Positions 19,441 through 27,750 of a stretch of DNA of 64,000 nt are shown piece after piece. How positions within the stretch are numbered: position 1 is the first letter of the stretch; each line of letters opens with the position of its first letter. The position numbers and the translations under genes were made by a program. The stretch is from assembly GCA_963825525.1 (NCBI GenBank), contig CAWGTN010000002.1, positions 640,001 through 704,000 on the forward strand, given 5' to 3'. The notes beneath the pieces were generated by a model. It made no database searches. It had not been told where the DNA came from and worked only from the letters and a program-made list of their open reading frames with translations. Source of the stretch: an uncultured Chloroflexia bacterium (GTDB lineage: Bacteria; Chloroflexota; Limnocylindria; QHBO01).

Positions 19441-19614
19441 CGATAGATGGAGGGATACGCACGGGAGACGTTCGGGACGTGCGGATCCCGCGATAGATCG
19501 AGTACGTGCTCGCAGGAGCGACCCGCCGGCGCGGCGTCCACGCGTGGCTGCATCCCATATATCGCGGGATTCGCACCCGGGCGCACCGTCACGTGAAATT
19601 CCCGCGATCCGTCG
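19441..19614. repeat. Tandem pair of imperfect palindromes (REP/REPIN-like)
   Basis: Two ~60-bp units: ~22-bp arm, 16-nt spacer, inverted arm; period 114 bp. Confidence 0.7.
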
Positions 19615-19633
19615 AAGCGAGTCAGGGGGCTCA

Positions 19634-20798
19634 TCACGTGCTCCGCAGCGCGGTCACGGGGTCGAGCCGCGCGGCGCGCAGCGCCGGATAGATGCCGGCC
19701 AGTGCACCCAGGATCGTGGCGAACAGGAAGCTCCGCAGCAGGAGCCAGGGGGTGAGGAGGAACACGCTCGTCCCCGATCCGGCCGTCTGCGCGTTGAGGA
19801 TCAGCACGAGCAGCGCCCCGAGCCCCAGCCCGAGGAGCCCGCCGATGGCCCCGAGCAGCGTCGCCTCGATGAGGAACTCGCGCAGGATGGCCCGTGTCGG
19901 AGCGCCGACCGCCTTCTTGATGCCGATCTCGCGCACGCGCTCGCTGACCGTCATCACCATCGTGTTGATGACCGAGAGCCCGCCGACGATGACCGCGATG
20001 ACGCTGGCCCCCACGATGATGAGGTTGAAGACGATGCTGGCCTGGCCGATCTGGTCGGCGACCTCCTCCGGGGTGACGGCACGCACGCCATCGACGGCGT
20101 CGGTGATCGCGGCGGCGATCGCATCGGCCTCGCCAAGGTCCTCGGGGAATACCTCGATCTGGGTCGCCAGGGCATCGGTCCGTTCCTGGAAGGCGTCCGG
20201 CACGGACGCCACGTAGATCTGCTGCGCATCGGCCAGTGGCACGTAGGCGATCTTGTCGGGGAAGGTCAGCGTCCGCTCGAGCACCCCGACGACGTCGAAC
20301 GACTCGTCGCGCATCGTGAACGTGTCGCCGACTCGCAGATCGTAGCGCTCCGCCAGGTCAGCGCCGATCACGGTGACGCCGTGCTCATCGGCCCCCAGCA
20401 GCCGGCCGGCGTCCAGCCGAAGCTCGACCGCCTCGTCGTACCACGTCTCGGGCTCGATGCCGGTGAGGAGCTCAGGGATGTCGAACCCGCCGACCTCGTC
20501 CGGGTTCAGCGAGCGTCTGGAGCACCGGCGTGGCGCGATCGACGCCGGGCAGCTCCTCGATCTTCTCGACCAGGTCGCGCGTGACCGGCCGCGAGCTGGC
20601 CTGGAACCCTGACGCGGCGCCCTCGTCGAACACGAAGATGCGCGTTCGGAAGTACTCGTCGCCACCGTCCACCAGGACGTTGAGCTTCTCGGCCAGCGCC
20701 CCCATCACCGTCAGCGCGAACACGCCGATCACGATCCCGAGAATCGTGAGGGCGGTGCGCAGCGGACGCCGCCAGATATTGCTGATGGCTTCGTTCAT
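19634..20798 (-). pseudogene. FtsX/MacB-type ABC permease, one frameshift (~20510)
   Basis: RRPLRTALTILGIVIG N-terminus; ERVREIGIKKAVGA and YPALRAARLDP C-terminus in another frame. Confidence 0.78.
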
Positions 20799-20886
20799 GG
20801 GCTACGCGGATGCTAGCCGGGATCGGCGCTCGCCGCCCGAGGACCACCGGCGCGATCGATGCGGCCATTCGGATACGCTGGCGGGC

Positions 20887-21415
20887 ATGGAAGAGCACAC
20901 GATCTCAAGCACGCGTCCGTGGAGCGGGCGAACGGGTGCGCGTCCGGGTCGACGCCGTCGAGCGTTCGGACGGGCATCGCACCACCCGCGAGGTGATCGA
21001 ACATCCCGGCGCGGTGGCCATCCTCGCCTGGGACGGCGCGCGGCTGGCGATGGTCCGGCAGTGGCGTCACGCGACCGGTCAGGAGCTGCTCGAGATCCCC
21101 GCCGGCACGCTGGAGCCTGGCGAGCCTCCTGGGGAGACGGCCCGGCGTGAGCTGGCCGAGGAGATGGGCCTGGCCGCCGAGACGTGGGTCAGGGGGCCGT
21201 CCTTCTACACGGCCCCGGGGTTCTGCACCGAGCTCATGCACCTGTTCCTGGCCACGGATCTCCGCGATGCACCCGGCGAAGCCGACGCCGATGAGCGCCT
21301 CGACCCCTCCTGGATGGACCTGGCCGATGCCCTGGCGGCGGTCGACGATGGCCGAATCATCGATGCCAAGACCATGGCCGCGGTCGGCTGGCTGGAGCGA
21401 CGCCTCCGAGACTGA
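20887..21415 (+). pseudogene. NUDIX hydrolase (ADP-ribose pyrophosphatase-like), frameshift ~20931
   Basis: REVIEHPGAV, EIPAG, ARRELAEEMG; MEEHTISS N-terminus in another frame. Confidence 0.8.
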
Positions 21416-21425
21416 ACCCGCGGGG

Positions 21426-21441
21426 TGGCACGCCGGTTGCC
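21426..21441 (+). promoter_or_regulatory. sigma54-type -24/-12 promoter (TGGCACGCCGGTTGCC)
   Basis: Match to TGGCACG-N4-TTGC, 13 nt upstream of ATG 21454. Confidence 0.75.
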
Positions 21442-21453
21442 ATGCAGCGTCAC

Positions 21454-22539
21454 ATGACACTCGAGCTCGACGATCCACAGGCGGCCGCGGAAGACGCGGG
21501 GCTTCGCTACGTGTCCGACCTGATGCCGGGCGTTCGCCGTCGACGCGCCGGGAAGGGCTTCACGTACATCGGGCCGGACGGCAGCAGGATCACCGACGAC
21601 GCTCGGATCGCCTGGTTCCGTCGCCTCGCCATCCCCCCGGCCTGGACGGACGTGTGGATCTCTCCGGTCAAGAACGGGCACATCCAGGCCATCGGACGCG
21701 ACGCGCGGGGACGAAAGCAATACCGCTATCACCCGCGATGGCGCGAGGTGCGCGACCAGGCGAAGTACGGCCGGTTGATCGAGTTCGCGCGGGCACTACC
21801 CCGGATCCGGCGTCGGACCGAGCGCGACCTTCGACGCCGGGGCCTTCCGCGCGAGAAGGTGCTGGCACTCGTGATCCGGCTGCTCGAGGCCTCGCTCATC
21901 CGGGTCGGCAACGACGAGTACGCGCGAGAGAACCGCAGCTACGGCCTGTCGACGATGCGCGACCGCCACGTCGAGGTTCGTGGCGCGCGGATCCGGTTCC
22001 GGTTCCGCGGCAAGTCGGGGAAGGAGCACGAGGTCGAAGTGCTCGACCGCCGGCTGGCCCGCCTCGTCAAGCAATGCCAGGAGCTGCCCGGCCAGGAGCT
22101 CTTCCAGTACCTGGACTCCGACGGGGCTCGGCAGGATGTGACGTCGGGCGACGTCAACGACTATCTGCGCGAGGCCAGCGGTGACGACTTCACTGCCAAG
22201 GACTTCAGGACGTGGGCGGGCACCGTCGCCGCATCCATGGCACTCCAGGAGTTCGTCGAGATCGACGACGAGGCCGGACGAAAGAAGGCGATCGTGCGGG
22301 CAATCGAGGACGTGGCCGAACAGCTCGGCAACACGCCGACCGTGTGTCGGGCCTGCTACGTCCATCCGGACGTGCTCGACTCCTATCTGGACGGGACGTT
22401 GATCGAAGCACTGTCCGAGCGTGCCCGTGGGATCGGGCGCGGGGCCCACGCCCTCCGGCGCGAGGAAGCCGCCGTGCTGGGGCTCCTCCAGGCACGTCTG
22501 GCACGCGAACGCCGAGCGGGACGCCGCGAAGCCGCCTGA
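21454..22539 (+). CDS. Bacterial (poxvirus-like) DNA topoisomerase IB
   Basis: AIPPAWTDVWI, GRKQYRYH, IRVGN, FRGKSGK, KDFRTW, LGNT, CYVHP; catalytic residues intact. Confidence 0.95.
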   Translation: MTLELDDPQAAAEDAGLRYVSDLMPGVRRRRAGKGFTYIGPDGSRITDDARIAWFRRLAIPPAWTDVWISPVKNGHIQAIGRDARGRKQYRYHPRWREVRDQAKYGRLIEFARALPRIRRRTERDLRRRGLPREKVLALVIRLLEASLIRVGNDEYARENRSYGLSTMRDRHVEVRGARIRFRFRGKSGKEHEVEVLDRRLARLVKQCQELPGQELFQYLDSDGARQDVTSGDVNDYLREASGDDFTAKDFRTWAGTVAASMALQEFVEIDDEAGRKKAIVRAIEDVAEQLGNTPTVCRACYVHPDVLDSYLDGTLIEALSERARGIGRGAHALRREEAAVLGLLQARLARERRAGRREAA

Positions 22540-22545
22540 CGTCGA

Positions 22546-22926
22546 TCAGGCGGCGCGGATGACGCGCTCCAGGGCCCGCCGATACGTCTCGTTCTCCGGA
22601 TCGAGCAGGACGGCCATCCGCAGGTGGCGCCGGGCGGCCATGGCGTCCCCCAGCCGCGCGCTCGACAGACCGAGGCCGAAATGCGCGTAGTGGGCAACCG
22701 GGTCGGCGTCCACGATGGCGGCGAACCGCCGGGCGGCGGACGCGTGGTCACCCTGGTTGAAGTACGCCTGGCCGAGAGCTTCCAGGATCGACGCCTTCCC
22801 CGGCTCGAGGGCAAGAGCTCGTTCGAGCAGCACGGCCGCAGCCCCGGGATGGCGCTCGGCGAGCATCCGTGTCCCGCGCTGGAACAGCTCGTAGGCAGAT
22901 TCGCGAGATTCGGGACTGGGTTCCAT
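22546..22926 (-). CDS. Tetratricopeptide repeat protein
   Basis: TPR-like helices (ALGQAYF...AHFGLG). Confidence 0.8.
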   Translation of the reverse strand: MEPSPESRESAYELFQRGTRMLAERHPGAAAVLLERALALEPGKASILEALGQAYFNQGDHASAARRFAAIVDADPVAHYAHFGLGLSSARLGDAMAARRHLRMAVLLDPENETYRRALERVIRAA

Positions 22927-22935
22927 GCGTTCAGC

Positions 22936-23967
22936 CTAGCGCCGCAGGTCGATGCGCTCCAGCCGCGGATTCTCGGTGCGGCCGGGGATCCGCCCGCGCT
23001 TCGCGACCGGGCGACCATCGATCTCCTTGAGATCGCCGGTGAAGTCGATGGGGCTGGCCTTGCTGATGTAGCTGCCGACGGCGTACGAGTCCACCGGCGC
23101 GCCCGCGTCCCTGAAGACGCCGATGCGGTCCACGTCGATCCCACCCGAGACGACGATCTTGACGTTGGGGTGGCCTGCCTGGTCGAGCCGCGCGCGGACC
23201 TCCTTGACGAGCTCGGGCGTGACCCGCCCGCGCTCGCTGGGCGTGTCCAGGCGAACCCCCCACAGCCGATCTCCCAGGGCCTCGGCAACGCGCAGCGACT
23301 CCTCCGCCTCGTCCTTGAACGTGTCGACCAGCACGATGCGCGGCACGTCCGGATCGATGTGGCGATCGAATGCCTCGGCGGCGCGCACGGTGTCACCGAA
23401 GATGAGGACGAGCGCGTGCGGCATCGTCCCGGTCGGCGAGAGCCCCGCCAGTCGCGCCCCGGCCGGCGTCGAGGCGCCGATGCAGCCGCCCACCACGCTG
23501 GCATAGTCCATCTGGTCGGCGACGCTGGGGTGGACGTGGCGCGCCCCGAATCCGATGACCGGAACGGGCGCCGCGGCGTCCACGATGCGCCGAGCGGCGG
23601 TGGCCCAGCCTGATCCCGAGGCCAGGATGCCGAGGATCGCAGTCTCGTACAGCCCGAATGCCGAGTAGCGCGCCTGGATGCGGAGAACGACCTCCTTCGA
23701 ACCGAACCCGTCCCCGTCATGGAGGGACTCGACGATCGGCTCCGTGGCGCCGTTGGACTCCGCGAAGATCTCGCGCAGGTACGCGAGTGCCTCTTCCGCG
23801 CCGCACAGCACGCCCTCGCCGCGCGAGAAGATCTCCATGGTCACGAGCGGATCAAGGTTCTCGGCGGCCAGGATCGTCCGCGCTCGCTCGAAGTAGACGT
23901 CAGCGGTCTCGCCCGACAGCACGTCGGCGGCCGGCAGGAAGTGGGGCGATGGTCGCTCGGCGGTCAT
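22936..23967 (-). CDS. pncB: Nicotinate phosphoribosyltransferase
   Basis: ADVYF, FGARH, GTMPHA, LVDT, GVRLDTP, SGG, KRGR. Confidence 0.9.
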   Translation of the reverse strand: MTAERPSPHFLPAADVLSGETADVYFERARTILAAENLDPLVTMEIFSRGEGVLCGAEEALAYLREIFAESNGATEPIVESLHDGDGFGSKEVVLRIQARYSAFGLYETAILGILASGSGWATAARRIVDAAAPVPVIGFGARHVHPSVADQMDYASVVGGCIGASTPAGARLAGLSPTGTMPHALVLIFGDTVRAAEAFDRHIDPDVPRIVLVDTFKDEAEESLRVAEALGDRLWGVRLDTPSERGRVTPELVKEVRARLDQAGHPNVKIVVSGGIDVDRIGVFRDAGAPVDSYAVGSYISKASPIDFTGDLKEIDGRPVAKRGRIPGRTENPRLERIDLRR

Positions 23968-25898
23968 GGGGCAGTGTAGGCCGCGCGTCGCCGGAAGAGA
24001 ACCACGGCCAGCGCCGCCAGGACGACGACCACCAGGCCGGCACTGATCGCCCGCGCCCATCCACCGGCCTCGGCCGAGTCGATGATGCGCTGCGCCTCGC
24101 CGATGGCCTCGACCGAGCCCCGCAGGTCGCCATCGGCGAACCGGCCATTGGCCAGCGCGAGCTGCTGCGCCGGATCCTGCCCACCGATCAGACCCAGGCG
24201 CTCCAACAGCGAGCGTGGGGCGTTCACGGCGCCTCCCGTCGCAACGTAGGTCCGCACGACGGCGCGCTCGGCCTCGAGCTCGTCCTGCGCCTCCGGGCCG
24301 CCGCCGAACGATCGATAGGCCTGCTGCAGCCGCTCGGGCGCCGAGAGCCCGGCGGCTCGCATCTCTTCGAGCAGCGCATCGCGATCATCGAGCCAGGCGG
24401 CCGCATCGGCGATCCGGCCGCTCGCCTCGTCGAACTCCCACGCAACCATGACCGCGCGGATCGGGTCCGGCGCCCCCCATCCACCGGCGTGCTCGACCAG
24501 CGCGTCGAACTCGTCGCGCGCCTCGCGGCGTGCCGGGAGCAGGGCACGATCAGCGTCGGTGAACACGGACTGTGCAAATCGGTCCGAGACGTCAACGCCA
24601 CTCACGGTCTCGAGCTGGTCGAGGAAGGATCGACTCGTGAGCGGCGTCACGGGCTGAGTTCCCTCGGCCGGAGTATCGGTGCCGATGTCCCGCACTGCAT
24701 ATGGCCCGACCGACGCGGCGACGCGCGCGAGGGTGGCACGCAGCGCATCCGGCCCGACGGCCTCGCCCAGGTCCGCCATGAGCGCCCAGGCGGCGGCGTG
24801 CGCATAGCTCTCGGCGTCCGCCGTCTCGGCCGCGGACCAGGAGTCGAGCGGCAGCGCAGCATCGGCGCGGTCCCTCGCCTCGACCGCGGGATCGTACGGA
24901 AGATCGATCTCCAGGTCCGCGCTGATGCGCGCCGCCGCCTCGCTGGCCATGCCCTCCCGGATCCAGCGGCTCTCGATGAGACTCGGGGACAACCAGACGT
25001 GCGCCGCCTGGTGGACGGCAGTGAACGGCGGCTGGTCGAACGCCACGAGGATCTCGGAGCCGGCGGTCGCGCGCTCGGCGAAGCCGCTCGCGTCGGATGC
25101 CACGGTCTCGGTCACCACCAGGCCACCGACTCGGGAGTACGGCAGGCCGATCTCCGCTTCCAGGAGCGGCAGCGCGCGCTCGAGGAGCGCCAGCGTCCGC
25201 TCGCCCCACGGCTCGTCATCGGCGAATGACCGCACCTGGAGGTCGGCCGTACCCCCGTCGAGCGGGACGTTGGCGTCGAAGGTGGAGTACTCGCCGGGGC
25301 GGATGGCCGTGATCTGGGCGAGCCAGCGCGACGGGTCGTCGATGGGACCGCTGACCAGCCGATCGCCGGACGGGGTCAGCGAGTCTCCGTCCACCCGGAC
25401 CTCGTAGCCGTCCGGAATCGTGACGCTCACCTCGCTCGCCGTCCCGAAGCTCCAGGCCGGGAACACGACGACGGACGGTCGAATCCTCAGGTCGGGATCC
25501 GACCCGTCAGTGAGGAGGTAGTCCAGCTGAATCTCGACGCTCTCCTCGTATCGGAGGTCCTCGCGCAGATCGATGGTGGCGATGCTCACGCCGTCATTGA
25601 CAGCGACCGTGGCGTCCAGCTCACCCTCGGGGTCGCTGGCCGTGACCTCGGTAACCCCATCGTGAACAGCGACCGTGATCGCGCTGAACGTGCTGAATTG
25701 GCCCGCCGGGTCGGGCGTGGTATTCGTGAAGGCGAAGGCAACCGAGACGCCGATCTCCCCGTCGTCGGGCCGCACGTCATAGGCCGCAGTCGACTCGAGG
25801 GTGTACGGCGCCGCGGCGACCGGCGCGGGCGCCACGTTGAGGGCGCCGACGATCACGATGGCCGCGACGAGCGACCTGACGCTGCGACGGACGATCAC
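23964..25898 (-). CDS. Secreted, C-terminally anchored gluzincin (M1/MA)-like protein with HQxxH
   Basis: Signal peptide; AVHQAAHVW...WIREGMA; C-terminal TM + RRR; GTGA overlap. Confidence 0.7.
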   Translation of the reverse strand: MIVRRSVRSLVAAIVIVGALNVAPAPVAAAPYTLESTAAYDVRPDDGEIGVSVAFAFTNTTPDPAGQFSTFSAITVAVHDGVTEVTASDPEGELDATVAVNDGVSIATIDLREDLRYEESVEIQLDYLLTDGSDPDLRIRPSVVVFPAWSFGTASEVSVTIPDGYEVRVDGDSLTPSGDRLVSGPIDDPSRWLAQITAIRPGEYSTFDANVPLDGGTADLQVRSFADDEPWGERTLALLERALPLLEAEIGLPYSRVGGLVVTETVASDASGFAERATAGSEILVAFDQPPFTAVHQAAHVWLSPSLIESRWIREGMASEAAARISADLEIDLPYDPAVEARDRADAALPLDSWSAAETADAESYAHAAAWALMADLGEAVGPDALRATLARVAASVGPYAVRDIGTDTPAEGTQPVTPLTSRSFLDQLETVSGVDVSDRFAQSVFTDADRALLPARREARDEFDALVEHAGGWGAPDPIRAVMVAWEFDEASGRIADAAAWLDDRDALLEEMRAAGLSAPERLQQAYRSFGGGPEAQDELEAERAVVRTYVATGGAVNAPRSLLERLGLIGGQDPAQQLALANGRFADGDLRGSVEAIGEAQRIIDSAEAGGWARAISAGLVVVVLAALAVVLFRRRAAYTAP

Positions 25899-26464
25899 AG
25901 GCGCGCCAGCAACCGAGTGAGAATGCCCCGCCGCGGCGTGCGAGGCCTTGGTGCCTCCCATGCCGGCATGGCCGACGTGACCTCGGCCCGATATCGCTCC
26001 AGCAGCGCTCGATTTCGGGACGCGCGCCCACCCCAATCCGGCAGGACGCCGCGATCGGCGACGGCCGTGGCGGTCTCCTCGAGAAGACGATCGGCAACGA
26101 TCGCGAGGCGAGCAACACCGCGTCCGAGCTCGTCCCGATTGACGGCCGCGGCCGGGAGCTCGGTCATGAGCATCGGTCGGTCGTCATCGGTCATCGCGAA
26201 CTTCACGAACGGGTAATCAAAATTGGCGCGCAGCATTCGGGCATAGATGCGTTTGGGGATCTCCATCGCCTCGAGCCCATAGTATGCCCACAGTGAGCAG
26301 CCGACCCCGTCGACCCACGCCACGGTCAGCCGCAGGTCAAAGCGCCGATCACCATCGACCATCAGATCCCGGCTGAATGCCGGATCGGCGGGGGCGCCGG
26401 CGCTGGCGATGATTTCGAGGCCGAGCTCGCTGAGCCAGCCGTCGATCGACGCTCCGTTGCTCAC
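25895..26464 (-). CDS. YbjN/T3SS-chaperone-like domain protein
   Basis: RMLRANFDYPFVKFAM pattern; coupled to glgC. Confidence 0.6.
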   Translation of the reverse strand: MSNGASIDGWLSELGLEIIASAGAPADPAFSRDLMVDGDRRFDLRLTVAWVDGVGCSLWAYYGLEAMEIPKRIYARMLRANFDYPFVKFAMTDDDRPMLMTELPAAAVNRDELGRGVARLAIVADRLLEETATAVADRGVLPDWGGRASRNRALLERYRAEVTSAMPAWEAPRPRTPRRGILTRLLARL

Positions 26465-27729
26465 CGGGGCGCGGTACCGGCCGTGATCGTCTCGCCCGAA
26501 CGGATGCGCCGGCGGCGCGCGAAGTCATCCTCGTTGGCGCCCGGGTCGATGCGACAGTTGCGACCAATCTCGACGCCGCGCGGCACGCGCGCGCGCTTGC
26601 CGACCAGCGTGATCCCCGCGTACAGGCGTTCGGGCTCGTCTCGGTTCGGGCGCATGTCCTCCCCCACCCCGACCTGTGCGCCGGCGCCGATCACGCACTC
26701 CTTGTCGAGGATCGCGCGATCCAGCACCGCATCGGCCTCGATGACGGCGTCGAACATGACGATCGAGTCGCGCACCACCGCGCCCGCCGCCACCCGCACG
26801 CCGGGTGACAGGATGCTGTGCTCCACCGTTCCATCGATCTCGCACCCGTGGCTGATCATCGAGCGGCTGATACGCGCGTTCGGGCCGATCCGCGCGGGCG
26901 GACGTTCCTCGCTCCGCGTGTAGATCAGCCAGCCGAGGTCGTTGAGCTGGATGTCCGGCTTGTCGCTCAGGAGGTCGAGGCTCGCCTGCCAGTAGCTCTC
27001 GACCGTCCCGACGTCCTGCCAGTAGCCAGCGAACTCGTAGGCGAAGACCTTGCGACCTTCCTTCACCATGGCGGGGAGGATGTCGCGACCGAAGTCGATG
27101 AGGTCGGTGCTCAAGAGATCTCGCAACAACGGCCAGCTGAAGACGTAGACGCCCATGCTGACGAGGTTCGACGGCGGATTCGGCGGCTTCTCGATGAACG
27201 CGGTCACCCGGCCGTCGTCGGCCACGTCCAGGATGCCGAACCGATGGGCCTCCTCGATGGGCACCGTGCGGACGGCGCACGTGACATCGGCGCCGGTCGT
27301 GCGATGCATCTCGATGAATGGCCGGTAATCCATCTTGTAGACGTGATCGCCCGCCAGCACCAGGACGAGCTCGGGATCGCGATCGGCGATGAAGTCGAGG
27401 TTCTGGAGGACCGCATCGGCCGTTCCGCGATACCAGTCACGGGCACGGCCGCGGCCGATGAACGGCTGCAGCAGGGCCGCGCCGCCCCGGCTGCGGTCCA
27501 GGTCCCACGGCCGGCCGACCCCGATGTGGTCGATGAGCGAGCGTGGGGCGTACTGCGTCAGGATCCCGACATCGGTCAGGCCGGAGTTCACCGCATTGCT
27601 CAACGCAAAGTCAATGATCCGGTACTTCCCGCCGAACGGCACGCCCGGCTTGGCGCGTACCTGCGAGAGGATGCTGAGACGCTCTCCCTCTCCGCCCGCG
27701 AGGATCAGCGTCAGGACCGAGCTCGACAC
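26461..27729 (-). CDS. glgC: Glucose-1-phosphate adenylyltransferase
   Basis: LAGGEGERL, RAKPGVPFGGKYR, GDHVYKMDY, YWQDVGT. Confidence 0.95.
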   Translation of the reverse strand: MSSSVLTLILAGGEGERLSILSQVRAKPGVPFGGKYRIIDFALSNAVNSGLTDVGILTQYAPRSLIDHIGVGRPWDLDRSRGGAALLQPFIGRGRARDWYRGTADAVLQNLDFIADRDPELVLVLAGDHVYKMDYRPFIEMHRTTGADVTCAVRTVPIEEAHRFGILDVADDGRVTAFIEKPPNPPSNLVSMGVYVFSWPLLRDLLSTDLIDFGRDILPAMVKEGRKVFAYEFAGYWQDVGTVESYWQASLDLLSDKPDIQLNDLGWLIYTRSEERPPARIGPNARISRSMISHGCEIDGTVEHSILSPGVRVAAGAVVRDSIVMFDAVIEADAVLDRAILDKECVIGAGAQVGVGEDMRPNRDEPERLYAGITLVGKRARVPRGVEIGRNCRIDPGANEDDFARRRRIRSGETITAGTAPR

Positions 27730-27750
27730 ACCGTGAATTCTACGGCCACG

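Noticed and set aside
19441-19614. Mini-CRISPR interpretation of repeats
   Set aside because: Arms alternate in orientation, spacers are 16 nt, repeats are degenerate, no cas genes
17500-20940. Programmed ribosomal frameshifting or phase variation
   Set aside because: No slippery heptamers or long homopolymers; too many events in unrelated genes
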